Below, in pieces: positions 1-13,763 of a stretch of 64,000 nucleotides of DNA. Location of the stretch: positions 10,852,001-10,916,000 of the forward strand of contig NW_024704742.1 in the NCBI RefSeq assembly GCF_018977255.1, written 5' to 3'. The translations under genes were made by a program, and so were the position numbers. Every line of letters begins with the position of its first letter. Position 1 is the first letter of the stretch. The stretch comes from Callorhinchus milii. Lineage: Eukaryota. Below the pieces are notes generated by a model. It searched no databases and was not told where the DNA came from. It worked only from the letters and a program-made list of their open reading frames with translations.

Positions 1-299
1 TTGCATTTGATATAGCGCTTTTCACGTCTTCTAGATGTCTCAAAGTGCTTCACAGAATATACTGTAAAGTGAATTGACTGTATATATGTGGGCGAACGCG
101 GCAGCCAATTGGGCACAGCAGTGTCCCACAAACAGTCGTAGATTGAAAATGACCAATTTTATTATTGTTTTTGGTTTTGGAGGGATTATTTTTAGGCGTG
201 TGGAGTAAGGAAACTTGCCCAAGGTTTCACCCTGACTGGAATTGAACTCGGGTCTCTCGCTTGCAAAGCGAGTGCTCTAACCACTGAGCTACAGGACTC
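1..299 (-). mobile_element. Young tRNA-Ala-derived SINE (SINE2-1_CM-like); tail cut by window edge
   Basis: Reverse complement reads GAGTCCTGTAGCTCAGTGGTTAGAGCACTCGCTTTGCAAGCGAGAGACCCGAGTTCAATTCC (Pol III box A/B), followed by the same body as the copies at 22508 and 61433. Confidence 0.92.
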
Positions 300-1119
300 T
301 GATAAGGAAAGGCATAGGATAAGATCTCGGAGCTGTATATAAGGCAGCTTATAGCACACAGTACAATTGTACAAACAGTTTGGGCTGTGTACTGTGAGCA
401 GAACCTGGACTTGTTGTAGTAAACAAAGAAATAAAACATTCTCCAGTGAACAGGACAGCCTGCAGTGAAAGTGAGTGAAGCAGACTGATTCTAGATTTAC
501 TTCAAATGTCATCAGTTTCACTGAATGAGTCAACCAATTTAAGGGTTCATGTGAGTGACAACCACTGTATTTTTTAAGGAACCTCAGATGTTTTCATATG
601 ATAAAAGACTACTATATAAATAGCTAGAAGCTATTATTCGCAGTCTGTTTGGGAGGTGCTCTATTACTGGTTTGCCTGCGGTACCAACCTATACACTGCT
701 ATATTTCGAGAGTCTTATTAAAGCAAAGCTAGCTGGCTAATGAATGATCAGAACATTGAAGCAACTCCCTGCTGATTATTGATTTTGTTTGGCTCACTGA
801 GCAGAAATAAGTAGTTTCTAATTTGTTGTAACATCAGTGAGATGTGTTTATTTATTAAAGACTGCAGGGCATGCTGCTGGTTTTGGCTCCTGCATGCTGG
901 GGAATGAGTGCTTTTCCATGTTNAAAAAAACCTGTGCAAATGCACAGGCTCTTCAAGTCATCATCCTTTTACACTTCACTGTCCAAAGTAAACACACATC
1001 TTCCTCACAATTGCCCTTTGAAGAAAACCACGAATGTCAGCTTGTTAGAATTATTTTGGTCACACAGTAAAATTGTGAACAATAATAATCTTCACATTTT
1101 ATTTAGCTTCTTACCATAC

Positions 1120-1545
1120 CATACAATTTCATCATGCCTTTCACATCAGAAGGACACTTCAACGTGCTTTACAGTTTTGAATGGACTCCCGAGCTGCAGG
1201 TGGGAGCAAGAGGCATGGGGAGGGAAAGATGACATAAAGCGCGGTCAACGAGATAGTTTTTCACATTTGTTTCAGAGGCGAAACAGACAACAAGGGAGTC
1301 GGAGGGACTCTGAGGTGGAATTCCAGAGAGTGGGGCAGAATGGCTGAAAGTCTGCCTGCCGATGGTGGGCCAGTAGGCAGGGGATGTGAAGCAGGCCAAC
1401 ACTGACTGGTTGGTAGGATTTGAGGAGATCATAGAGGTAGGTTGGGATGAGATTGTGGAGGGATTTAAAGGTGAGAATGAGGATCTAGAACTTGATCCAC
1501 TGGGGGGAATGCGGAGCCAATGGAGCCGAGCAAGGTTGGGGTGAT
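1120..1545 (-). mobile_element. Degenerate L2 LINE 3' fragment
   Basis: Purine-rich plus strand with GGAATTCCAGAGAGTGGGG...GCCGATGGTGGG motifs shared with the better-preserved L2 copies in the window. Confidence 0.7.
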
Positions 1546-1569
1546 AGCTTAATAGAACACAGTACAGTA

Positions 1570-1900
1570 CAGTAGTGATTGTGTATTTTGTGGGTGGATG
1601 TGGCAGCTAATTTGCACACAGCAGTGACCAGCAAACAGCCATCAAATGAATGACTACTGTTATTTGGAGGATTGTTGGCCAGGACACCAGAAGAAGCTCC
1701 CTTTTCTTTTCAAATATTGCCATGAGTCTTTAATGTACAGGCAGAATGGACCTTGGTCAATGTCTTATCTGAAAGACGGCACTTCCAACAATACAGCACA
1801 TACCCAGCACTGCTTTCGAGTGTCAGCTTAGATTTATATGAATTCCAAGTCCTGATGTGGTGCTTGAACCACAACCTTTGACTTAGAGGAGAGAGTGAGC
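1570..1900 (-). mobile_element. Old Deu-domain SINE (SacSINE1/DeuSINE-like)
   Basis: GGAGGATTGTTGGCCAGGACACC...TCTTATCTGAAAGACGGCAC is the reverse complement of the Deu core. Confidence 0.75.
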
Positions 1901-2167
1901 TAGGCTATCACCCATCTTGTAGTCAAACAAGGCAGTCAATTTGCACACAGCAATGTCCCAATTATTACAAGGGCCAAGAGAGGTAACACAATAATTCAAC
2001 AAAGACAGAAAGCTGGAATAAACATGGATCCTAAAGTAGTGATGCTAGAATAATTGATAATGCCATAACATTACAGATACTGTACCATAATTGAGCCCAG
2101 CAGTGGTAGCGCAATCTTAGAAAGAGCAAGAGTACATGAAACCCTTCATAGCACAGGCAGAGGAGAA

Positions 2168-3291
2168 AATAACATTTCATTTGTGAAACGCCTTTCACGT
2201 GAGGGAATGTCCCAAGGCGCTGGACAGACAGAGTTACAGACCCAATCTGGGGATCTGGGTGGGGGAGGGCAGGGGGGGAAGCAGGGAGATCAAAAGCACA
2301 GTCGAAGAGGAGGGTTTTGAGATGGGTCTTAAGGTGATAAGGGAGGGGGTGAGGTGGAGGGACTGTGGGATGGAGTTCCAGAGGGTGGGAGCAGAGTGTC
2401 GGAAGGCCCGCCTACCAATAGTGGGGCGAACAAGGCGGGGGACGTTAGCGGAGGAAGTGAACAGGTAGGTAGGGGGTTAGAAGGTTGCAGAGGTAGAGGG
2501 GAGCAAGACCGTGGAGGGCTTTGAAGGTGAGGGCCAGGATCTTGAACTGTATCCTCTGTGTGATGGGAAGCCAGTGGAGTTGGGCGAGGATGGGGGATGA
2601 TAGGATCGAGGAGCTGAGTGTGGGAGAGAACACAGGCTGCAGAGTTCTGGATGATCTGCAGCCTATGGAGGGAGGAGTAGGGGAGGCCGACAAGCAAGGA
2701 GTTTGCATAGTCAAGCCTCGGTGTAATTAAAGCATGTATGAGGGTTTCGGCGGTCTGCGGTGTGAGACAGTGATGGAGCCGGGTGATGTTGCGGATGTGG
2801 GGGAAGGCAGAAGGGGTCATGATGAAAATGTGGGATAGAAAGGATTGTTGAGAGTCAAAGAAGATGCCAAGGTTCCGGACTGGGTTAACGAGGTGGAGTG
2901 TGCAACCATGGATGGTGATGCTAAGGCGATGGATGATGATAAAGTGGTCGACGGTGTCGAAAGCAGCTGAGGACGAGGAGGAGAGGCAGCCCTGGTTGCA
3001 GATGGACAGAATGTCATTTGTCAGTTTGACCAGGGCTGTTTCTGTGCTCTAGGCGGCACGGAAGCCCGATTGGAAGGTTTTGAGAAGGGAGTGGTGGGAG
3101 AGGAAGGAGTGAAGCTGAGAAGCAACAATTCGTTCCAGGACCTTGGAGAGGAAGGGGAGGTTGGAGATGGGGTGGTAGTTAGGGAGTAGAGATGGGTCTA
3201 GGGAGGTTTCTTTTAAGGATAGGAGCGATGACAGTGGTTTTTAATGGGGTGGGAACAGTACCAGAGGACAGGGAGAGGTTTACGATGTGGA
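2168..3291 (-). mobile_element. 5'-truncated L2 LINE (ORF2 RT/C-terminal fragments, frameshifted)
   Basis: Minus-strand ORFs contain ETLIHALITPRLDYANSLLVGLP and LHWLPITQRIQFKILALTFKALHGLAPLYL, typical of the L2 ORF2 C-terminus; L2 3' tail near 2170. Confidence 0.9.
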
Positions 3292-3536
3292 ATATTGGTG
3301 AAAGTCTGTCAGGTGACCCAGTGAGTATAACCTTCGCTGTCACAAGTCAAAGTATTTGCAAATATAATATACAGCATAGAACGGTTAAAGAAACGCTACC
3401 TATGTGAAAGATCCTATATAAATGCAAGTTATTGGCGATTCTTGTTAAACAATGATCATTGGATATTTGTGAGTGATCTCAGTATAGTTATTTTGCAGTG
3501 TTTCAAATGAGATTACATCCTAATTATAAGTACCAT

Positions 3537-3743
3537 TGGGGAGCAATTCTACCTGGGTTTAGATTTACTCTATTTCTGACCCATTTCTGTCAAAAGTAGT
3601 CAAAATTTGGCAAGTGGTCAGAATAAGGACTTAATTCTGAACCCTTTGCTTTTAAGAGTTACACAAATGATTTGCCAGATTTTGTATGCTTTGTAATTGT
3701 TCATGAATAAACTAAATCTGAACCCATGTAGAGTTTCTCCCCA
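3537..3743. mobile_element. MITE-like element with ~30-bp TIRs and a possible 3-bp TSD (CAT)
   Basis: GGGGAGCAATTCTACCTGGGTTTAGATTTA (3538-3567) vs reverse complement of 3713-3742 GGGGAGAAACTCTACATGGGTTCAGATTTA, 26/30 identical; CAT flanks both ends. Confidence 0.7.
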
Positions 3744-5967
3744 CATATATCTTACCACATTTTTTATTAACTCTTATGGACTAAAATTCTGGTTGGACAC
3801 AACTTTAACTTTAAACTTCAGAGTAAAATCACGTGAAACACTGTGAGACGTCCTCCTAACTTGAAAGGTGCTATATCAACTGCAATGATTATTTATTTAT
3901 TTAAAAGGCTTACACAGGCCCCTGTTTCTGGGTATTAAACAATCTACACATTGACACTGAAAAATAAGAGCAGTTATAATTAATGTGACTATTTGTACAT
4001 TGGGAATAGCTTTATTACTGCAATTTTCACTAACATCCTGGCTTTGCAGCCAATTGAAAGCTAATAGTCTGGAAATTGCCAGCATCATGTTACTGAATCA
4101 TTCCTGTCAATCTTTTTACCCAGAAAAAAAGTCCAAATTGGAAGCTTTCCAAGACCAAAATCTGAATAAACATAAGTGGCATTTAGTAAAGATAAACACA
4201 TCCAAGGATTAATCAAACAATATATATTTCAGTCTATGTTTGTGTTACTCAAAATGTTTGTTTGTGCTGTCAGAGAGAGTCTTCCATGTATCATTTTCGG
4301 CTAAGTTTTCTATGTGTATTTAATTGCTGCCTTAAAACGTCTTTGTACCTAACGTGGAAGATCCTGTGAGTTCATGATCAGCTCTTGATCACAATCTTGC
4401 AACCCCTTCTGGAAAGTCCATATGGTGGGTGAGAATGGGTTTGTCCATTTTCAGCACACTATCTCAAATATTTTTGTCCACAAAATACAGTCAATTCACT
4501 TTACAGTATATCTGTGAAGGGTCTTGAAGAAGGGTCTTGAACGATATCAAATGCAAGGATTATTATTAACCACAAAGAACGGTCTGTTCATATAGCCTAG
4601 GCTACAGGAATGAGTCGAAAAGAGAAGAAAAATTGACGAAAGAGAAAATGAAATGTTGTTGCTGGAATTGAGAAGTGGGCAGATAGTTCAAGAACAATAG
4701 GAAACAACGCATCAGCATGCTGCTGAACAAATACAACACACACCCTTTCCCGCTCTTTATATGGCAGATCTTTCAATCCCACTTCCCCATGGTTTCAATA
4801 TTTCCCCACTATTTCTCCATTTCCCTACACCTCTTTAATACAACAACAACCTGCATTTATATAGCATCCCTCATGTGGGGTCATGTCCCAGAATATTTAA
4901 TGCCCTTGCTTCCCAAGTGTCTGTCCATCCTTGTCCCCTTTAAAGATACCAATTGAATCTCTCCCTCAAACCTCCACCTTGCCCCCTCCCTCCCCACTTT
5001 CAAATCCCGCCTAAAGACCTTCCTTTTTGATTGTGTTTGCGGTCATCTCTCCTCTCTCTCTTTCCCCCTGGCTCAGGATCAAACTCCGCCACTGTCAAGC
5101 ACTCTGGGACACTACCCCACGTGAAGGGCACTATATAAATGCAAGCTGTTATTGTTTTACTTCAACAGTCCTCTGGAGCAATACATTCCACATCCCCACA
5201 TCCCTCTGCATGAAGAAATTAAATGGGATTAGATTATTTTGGAATTGGAGATGTGTCATACTTCCAGTCCATATCTTTCTCGGTGCCACTTAAACAACGC
5301 CCGTATTTTGTACATGCATACATAACTGGTTATAACTGGTGACAATTTTATATAATTAACAAAAAATTAATATTTCAATGCAAAACATGCATGATCTCAA
5401 TGTTTGCTGAGTCCAGTAAAGTTGATGAGAAAACCTACATTGTTCCCCAGGTTTTAATACCTAGTGGGTAATTGTACTGGGTCACGTGGATTTGAGGAAC
5501 ACAGACAGACAAAGGCCCAAGTTCGAAACATTTGTTGAGTTTGGACCACTACACTTGGTGTGAGCATACAACTACAACAACACAACAATTACACTTGTAT
5601 AGTGCCTTCACGACGGAAAGATGTCCTAGGGCGCTGGACAGTCAGGGAGTTTTGGACCAAGCTGGGAGTTGGGGTCGGAAAGGAGGAAATACTGTAGAGT
5701 GGGAGAGGGGGGAACTAAAGTTCCCATTCCAAATCACAGACTAATCATCCAAGTTGAAAGTGTGAGCGTATGGACCACGATCATGTTTTGCCATTGCTTA
5801 CTGACAGTCAAGTGTCAAACTAATTCATCAGGATTGCACTTGGTCTACGAGAGAGCCTGCAGTTCAAGTTTGACATTAAACATCAAAGCCCATAGAGAGA
5901 AATATTGATAACAAAATAAGTGAAATACTTAAAAATATATTTTTATATAGATTTGTGGTTTCATATT

Positions 5968-6375
5968 GATTGGCTCAATTGATTGTCATCTCCGAGTCAG
6001 AGGATTGATGGTTCAAGCTTTAAATCGGGAAATCTGAATTCAGTGTTTAGTCTAAGACTCCAGTGCACCATTGGGGAGCATGGAATTGCCAGAGATGCCA
6101 GAGATACCATCATTCAGATGAGGCATTAAACCAAAGTCCTGTCTACCTGTTCAGGTGGATGGTCAAAAAGCGAAGGGAGTTTCTCCCAATGTCCTGCTCA
6201 ATAATCCTCCAAATAAATTTATCATTCACATCCTGGCAACACTTCTCTGTGCAAATAGGCTGTTGTGCTCGCTTACAAAATACACAGTCACTACATTTTA
6301 CAATATACCCTGGGAAGGACTTTGAGACGTTCTCCTGACATGAAAGATGATATCTCAAATGCAAGGATTATTATT
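5968..6375 (+). mobile_element. Old Deu-domain SINE
   Basis: tRNA-like head (TGGCTCAATTG...GGTTCAAG), Deu core CAGATGAGGCATTAAACCAAAGTCCTGTCTACCTGTTCAGGTGGATG, tail AAATGCAAGGATTATTATT. Confidence 0.78.
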
Positions 6376-7254
6376 CGTATAATTAGTGTAAAAGTGCAAT
6401 GAGATGTTTTGACATTATAGGTGCTAAATCAAATGCAAGGATTATTATTATTTTAGCTGGTTAGAGTTATTGCGGTAACAAAGCTGTTCTTGGTTTGAGT
6501 GAGATTCATTACTGCAATTTTTTTTCAATATTATAGGACGTCAGATGAAAAAATACAGACCCGTTGGATCATAGAGATCTCTGTGATTGTAATAACAGGG
6601 TAAAAAGATGGAAAACTTATTCCATTCCACAGCATTGGCATTCGTTCACCTACAAAATACACAGACATTATATTTTCCAGTAAATCATTTGAAGAGCTTT
6701 AAGACATCCTCTTGATGTGAAAGGTGCTTTATGGAATGCAAGGATTCATTGCCTTATAAGCACAGAATTCACCAAAGTAAAGTCAGGAACATTCAGGCAG
6801 TCACCTACCTATCAATGTTGCCTGTCACCAACATTTTTTTGTACGACAGAGGCTCAGTAGAAATATCTGAAAGCAGTATTGTGCAAGCAACATGGGGGGA
6901 AAACATTTGAAAGTGGAGCAAATAAAGTAGGAAAAACCTGAATAAGATATACAATTCCTTTTTGGGGAATGTTGGTGGAGCTATTTCTTAAGACTGTACG
7001 TCTGTCACGGGTATAAACGGAGATACTGATCTGATTTAATTTTCTATTTGCAAAAGAAGCCCATTATGCATTTATTTGATTGAAATAGATCTGTCTGTCT
7101 GCCTGTTTTTTGCTCCATGATCTTATCTCTCACACGGGTATGTGTGGGTAACCCAGTGTTTCCTACTGCACCTTCTGAGGAATAAATTCTGTTATTAATT
7201 ACAATGAAACATTCATGTACTTCAAGGAGAAAACACCTCTAAGGGTCAGTCTTA

Positions 7255-8374
7255 TACTGATTGCATTTTGGTAGGAAGAATGAGGAGAGGCAGTATAAGC
7301 TGATGGTACAATCTTTAAGGGGGCAAATAATAATAATAATAATCCTTGCATTTGATATAGCGCTTTTCACGTCGGGAGGATGTCCCAAAGCGCTTCACAG
7401 AACACACTGTAAAGTGAATTGACTGTATATTTGTGGGTGAACGAGGCAGCCAATTGTGCACAGCAATGTCCCACAAACAGTCGTAGATTGAAAATGACCA
7501 ATTTATTATTGTTTTTTTTTGGTTTTGGAGGGATTATTATTAGGCTCTGTGTGGAGTAAGGAAACTTGCCCAAGGTTTCGCCCTCTGCCTGGAATTGAAC
7601 TCAGGTCTCTCACTTGTCAAAGCGAGTGCTCTAACCACTGAGCTACAGGACTCCACAAATGAACAGAGAGACCTGGGGGCCACATAAGCAAATCTCTGAA
7701 GATGGCAGGACAGGTAGATAAAGCTGTTAAAAAAGCATACGGGATACTAGGTTTTATAAATAGGGGCATAGAATACAAGGCAGGAGGTTATGATGAATAT
7801 TTATAAAATGCTGGTTAGGCCTCAGTTGGAGTACTGCGTTCAGTTTTGGGCACCGCACTTTAGGAAAGATGTTAGGGCATTGGAGAGGGTGCAAAGGAGG
7901 TTTACCAGGATGGTACCAGGGATGAAGGGCCTTAGTTATGAGGAGAGGTTGGCGAAACTAGGATTATTCTCCCTACAGCAGAGAAGATTAAGAGGGGATT
8001 TAATAGAGGTTTTCAAGATCATGAGGGGATTTGATACGTTGAACCGGGAAAAACTGTTTCCACTGACATGTGGGTCAGTAACCCGAGGGCACCGATTTAA
8101 GTTAGTTGTTAAAAGAAACAGAGGGGAGGTTAGGAAAAAAATTTTCACCAGCGAGTTGTTCGGATCTGGAATGCATTACCTGAAAGGATAGTGGAAGCCA
8201 ATTCAATAACAACTTTTAAGAGAGTAGTAGATGGGTATTTGGGGAGGACAAGATTGCAGGGCTATGGAGAGAAAGCGGGCCAGTGGGATTGAGTTAGATT
8301 GCTATTTTAGGAGCTGGCGCAGACGCGATGGGCTGAATGGCTTCTTTCTGTGCTGTATGATTCTATGATTCTAT
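7255..8374 (+). mobile_element. CR1 LINE 3' portion (ORF2 C-terminus and 3' UTR), interrupted by a SINE
   Basis: ORF 7790-8191 YKMLVRPQLEYCVQFWAPHFRKDVRALERVQRRFTRMVPGMKGLSYEERL...RRLRGDLIEVFKIM is canonical CR1 ORF2; ends in the (ATTCTATG)n CR1 tail. Confidence 0.95.
7326..7656 (-). mobile_element. Full-length young tRNA-Ala SINE nested in CR1
   Basis: Complete head and tail; CAAAT duplicated at 7324-7328 and 7656-7660; CR1 sequence resumes on both sides. Confidence 0.93.
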
Positions 8375-8429
8375 CTCTCCATTTTTATGCTGTAAAAAAG
8401 GATTTAATACTGATACATTAAGCACAGAT

Positions 8430-9880
8430 ATTGGCATATAAAATAGCTGAATAACAATGGGATCGATTTAAGGGGTAGGTTGAAAGAATACAGAGCAAAC
8501 ACATTCCCACTAGGAGCAAGGGTTTGTAACTAAACATAGGGTACCATGGTTTTTNAAAAAATATCAGGAAGATAATAAGGATCAAGAAGGAAAATTAAGC
8601 TAATGGATGTTTTTCCATATGGTGGAAAACCACAAAATATATCAAAGGCACAGAAAGTGACAAAAAGGGAAATTAGAAAGGCTAAGAGATAATATGAAAA
8701 AAGTTTAGCATGTAATATTAAAGAAAACTGTAAAGGTTTTTATAAATATATAAGAGAAAGGATAGCTCAGAAGGGGTTTAGGGCACTGAGGGACGAAAGC
8801 AGTAAATTAGTGGTAAAAAAGGAGAGGATGCTAGAGCTGTTTAATAATTTGCCTCAGTTTTCACTGATTAGATGAATTATCCCATTATACATCTTAAAAT
8901 GGGGAATGAGGGACAGCTACTTGGGATATTGATCAAAAAGGAAGCAAAACTAAAAACGTTAAGGGAACCAAAAATCGATGGCCCTGATGGAATTCATCCC
9001 AGCTTGTTGGGCTCTGTTGATAATTTTCCAAATGTCTTTGGAGTCTGGTGGGGTGTCATAGGAATGGAGGGTGGGAGATGTGGTGCCTCTGTTTAACAAG
9101 TAGCCAAGGATAAGCCAGGGAACTACAGGCCAGTTAGCTTTCCATCAGCTGTAGGGTAAACTTTTGGAGGCAATAATAAGGGACCAGGTTAGCGAGTACT
9201 TAAATAGACATTTATGTGTTTCGTATGTGACACAAATAGACGATATGCAATTCGTGTTTGAGAAATTTAATAGAGATCTTCAAAGCACTCTATGAAAATG
9301 AAAATTTTCCTGAAAATGTCGATCAAGGCAATGCTGTGACTGTTGTGTAATTGGATTTCCAAAAAGCATTTAATAAGGTGCCGCTCAGAAGACTAGTGGG
9401 GAAACCTTGGAATTGGGAAATGTGGAGGTTTGGAAACAAAATGGTGGTTAAAAGCTACAAAGGGCTAAAAGGTTGTTTCTCCAATTGGAGGAAGGTAGTT
9501 AGTGGCCTTTGTGTTGGGGCTTCCCTTTTTTTTCCATTTATATCAATGACCTCAACTTGGATATAAGACATATAATATCAAAATCTGCAGATGATACCAA
9601 GCTAGGCAATTTAGTGAATAGAGGTGAGGGTGGCAAGATATTGCAAGAGGATGTAAGCAGATTAGTGCAATGGACTGACAAATGGCAATTTAAGTTTAAT
9701 GGAGGGATATGTGAGGTGATTCATTTTGGTAGAAAAACCAAGGGAAAGGGAGTATATATTGAATAGCATCATCATGCAGAGAACTGAGGAGCAAAGGGAT
9801 TTGGAAGGGAAAGTACGTAATTGAAAGTGGCATCAAACATCAAAATTGACAGAGACAATAAGGAAAGCCAATAGTATGCT
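8430..9880 (+). mobile_element. Older degenerate CR1 LINE fragment (RT region)
   Basis: Frameshifted RT motifs DFQKAFNKVP, FSIYINDL, SADDTKLG, GPDGIHP. Confidence 0.88.
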
Positions 9881-9884
9881 TAAA

Positions 9885-10310
9885 CCTCACCCATGCATTT
9901 GTCACATCAAGGCTCGATTATGGAAACTTCCTTCTCGTCGGCCTTCCCAACTCACGAGCTGCAGATCATCCAAAACTCTGCAACTCGTGTACTCTCGCAC
10001 ACCAGGCTCCATGACCCCATCACTCCCACCCTCGCCCGACTCCACTGGTTCCCCATCCCTCAGAGGATCGAATTCAAGATCCTTGTCATCACTTTCAAGG
10101 CCATCCATGGCCTTGCCCCCTCCGAACTCTTTGACCTGCTGACTCCATACCTACCAACCTGCCCCCACATTCTGGAACTCCTTCCCACAGTCCCTTCGCC
10201 TCGCTTCCTCCCTTGCCTCTTTCAAGGCTGGTCTCAAGACACTCCTCTTCGATTGTGCCTTTAGTCACCCTCCCACCTCACCCCTACCCCACCCCTCCCC
10301 CATGCTCGGG
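9885..10310 (+). mobile_element. L2 LINE 3' fragment
   Basis: LQIIQNSATRVL...HDPITPTLARLHWFPIPQRIEFKILVITFKAIHGLAP in ORF 9893-10264. Confidence 0.88.
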
Positions 10311-10854
10311 TATGCAATTGACAGTATCCCAATCTCTCGATCACTCACAATTCAAAGTTTAAGTAAATGGCTTGGAAAACAGCAAAACAAAACACTGTAA
10401 TAGTCACACTACAATAACATCAAGGCCAATCTGTACCCACCAAAGCTTTCAAAGAGTGAGCTCTTCAGTTTAGCAACAAAGAAGGAACACATTGCACCAC
10501 CATCTTAGTAAGGGGCAAATAAGGTTTTCATAATTAAGCTGTTCGACTTCTCTATGGAATTATACCAGATTGATTTATTTTACAGAACTTTACTGTTCTT
10601 AAAGGAGTCTTTCAATGAGACAGCTACTCAATGTTATCATAAAAATGATCATCTGGTGTAGCAGCAATTGAGAAAGTAGCAAGTATCTTTAAGAACCTCT
10701 CAAAGCAGCACTAATTATCTTGCTCATCAAATCATAGCGCTGCTTTGAACTATAACCTTACACTTTGTTGCTTGCTTGTTCAGATGCTATTGAAATAATT
10801 TTATTGGAGAAAAGATTAGGGATTGTGATTGTTTGCTAAATAATGGACAGAATC

Positions 10855-11130
10855 AATAAGGTCTCGTCTGTCTGTGTTTTTAGTGGGCGTTAAATTGAAT
10901 GGCACCATTCAAAAAGGGAAGGGACTTTCTCCCAATGTCCCAGTCAAAAATCCACCAAATAAAATTCATTGTTCGTTTCACGACTGTTTGTGGGACATTG
11001 CTGTGTGCAAATTGGTTGCAGGAGTCGCCCACCAATACACAATCACTGCACTTTACAATATATCCTGTAAAGCACTTTGAGACATCCTACAAATATGAAA
11101 GGCACTATACCAAATACAAGGATTATTTAT
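10855..11130 (+). mobile_element. Deu-domain SINE 3' part
   Basis: Degenerate Deu core followed by GTGGGACATTGCTGTGTGCAAATTGG and the shared tail. Confidence 0.7.
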
Positions 11131-12002
11131 GTAATTGTGGCAGCCTACTATTTCTTCGAATCTTGCCTCTTCCCTACACTAGTACATCAACTAATACCTG
11201 TCAGGGGCCTAGAGAGAGAGCTGGTAAGCTTGACATTGCGTTACGTCTACCAGTATTATAGCTTTGTCGCCATTTAGCCTCTTGCATAGACTCATTGATC
11301 CCCAAAGACAGGCAGACTCCAGAATATTCATCAATTCCACAGCTCATACATTACGCTCCTAAAACAAACATTGACATTGGAATATTAAAGCTACACAAAT
11401 GTTGAGCTGCTGGAACCTTGAACACACAAACAATTGGAATTAAAAATAGGAAAAAAGACTCATTGTATTGTATTTCTGCTTTTTGATCTCTTACTTCAAA
11501 ACATTCTGTCTAAGTTTAATTTTTAACATTGTACTTTTTTTCATCCTCAACCTTGCCTTTCCTCTCTTTCATAACCCTTTAACATTGTGTTTAAAAGCTT
11601 CATTTATGGAGAGGTATAGTGAGTGTTACAGTGTGTGGAAAGGTGTAGTGACTGTTACAGTGTGCAGGGAGAGGTGTATGAATCCATGACTGTTTGTGGG
11701 ACACTGCTGTGTGAAATTGGCTGCCGCGTTTCGCCCACAAAACATACAGCCATTTCACTTTACAGTATAACCTGTGAAGCACTTTGAGACATCTTGAAGA
11801 CATGACAAGGCGCTCTATCAAATGCAATGATTATTATTAGTATTATTTCTTGGTATTAGTCTCAACTCCTGACACTTTGTATGGACAGTACATGTCACTC
11901 TCAAAACTCTTTTCCTAATCTGGAGGCCAGCCAGAGGCACAAACTTCAACAACCGATGGTCATAACTACAATGTGACCAGTTCCATCTTGAATGTGTCCT
12001 TA

Positions 12003-12333
12003 ATAATATAATAACAGTCTTTGCATTTGATATAGTGCCTATCACGTCTTCAAGACATCTCAAAGCACTTCACAGCCAATTGCTCACAGCAGACGTCCCA
12101 CAAACGGACGTGGATTGAGTGAACAAATTATTATTATTATTTGTTTTTGAAGGGATTATTATCCCCAGAAAAGCGATCCGCTAATCGTCTAACAACCGGG
12201 CTCCTACTTACTGCTCAGTAAGCAGGGGCATGTGGAGTAAGAGAACTTACCCAATGTTTTGCCCTGCCGTGAATCAAACCCAGGACCTCTGGCTTGCAAG
12301 GCGAGTGCTCTGACCACAAAACTACAAGACTCC
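12003..12333 (-). mobile_element. tRNA-Ala SINE, older subfamily with extra central segment
   Basis: Same head and tail as the young copies plus the CCTACTTACTGCTCAGTAAGCAGGGGCA segment. Confidence 0.85.
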
Positions 12334-13326
12334 GCATCAAACTGAGAAAAGAAACAATGCAGGAAGTATATTCATGTGTGCCACATTTTTATTTCCTCCC
12401 CCTGCCCCACCAAGCCCATGGCATTTCAATGTCTATGCCATACTTGGAGGGGTGATAAATGTGCAATATTTTCACTGTTTCAGTTTGCATTATAGGATTT
12501 GTTTATATTGTTAATTAATGAGGCCTTGTACATTGTCCTTACGGCTTTCCCTGACATGAGCTCCTGTAAATTGCTAGATGTTGCTCTTTCCTCTGAGGCC
12601 ATGCTATGCCATGCTTGGTGGGAGACACAGTCTGACCATAGGCTTCAGTCTTTGTCCCTAGAGATGCTACTCTTGGAAGACAAGAGGTTAAATATACGAG
12701 CATCTAGTGACCTTCTGCGCTAAGCCGTCTCTTCAGGGACAATCGCATGCTTAAATTGCGCGTAAGAAAGTGGGAATGGGTACAATTAATGCCTGAGTTC
12801 TGAACACAAAGCAAAATGTTGGATCACAAAGCAGTTTGCAAATTAAACCCCAAACTGTCAATTCTGTCAGCAATCGGAGTTTGCAGGTTTTATGTTTCAC
12901 TCCAAGCAGCGCCAACAAACATATAAAATGTTTGTATTATGCTATGGAAAGGAGCTGTTACTGCCACGGTCTTGTCCGTTGCATTCAGCCTGTGATGCGT
13001 TTGCACCAGGGGAGCCCTCAGAAAGAGCAATATTGACTTGAGATGGATTGCAAGAGTTGAAGAAAATTTAAGATCAGCAGTCAGCATTTACAATGGGCAG
13101 ACTGTGGGAAAGATGATGATAATAATAATAATAATCCTTGTATTTGAAATAGCATCTTATCACGTTGTCGAGATGTCTCAAAGTGCTTCACAGAATATAC
13201 TGTAAAGTGAATTGGCTGCATATTTTGTGGGTGAAATGCAACAGCCAAAGATGCACAGCAGTGTCTTACAAACAGTCATGGATTGAGTGACCAAATTATT
13301 ATTATTATTATGATAAAATGACAGTC

Positions 13327-13366
13327 ACAGAGAGAGATGTGTGAGAGAGAGAGAGAGAGAGAGGGG
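13327..13366 (+). repeat. (GA)n microsatellite
   Basis: Direct inspection. Confidence 0.85.
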
Positions 13367-13763
13367 GAAACCTAGAAGTAAATGATTTGCTAAATGAATT
13401 CTATGTAAATACTATATGTCATTTTTCCTGCTGTCTGTTTACCCACTGGATACCCGCAAATATATAGTCAATTCACTTTACAGTATATCCTGTGAAGCAC
13501 TTTGAGACGTCTCAAAGATGTGAGAAGGCGCTATATCAAATGCAAGGATTATTATTATTATTATTATTACTACTACTGTTATGCATCTGCCAGGAAGATA
13601 TTACTGGCTTTGTATTCCTCTCCACAAACTGTCACTAGTGGTTTCTTCTTTGCTTTGGAAATCTCTCAGTGACTCCTGTCTCCAGGATTTGGTTCCCAAT
13701 GAAGTCTGATCCCTGAAAATATCTTTGAGAGTTCTTGGGCCAGAATCCAATGCTGTAACAACA

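Noticed and set aside
923..923. Single N bases at T-run/A-run junctions (also 8555)
   Set aside because: Most simply homopolymer base-calling or assembly ambiguity, not biology
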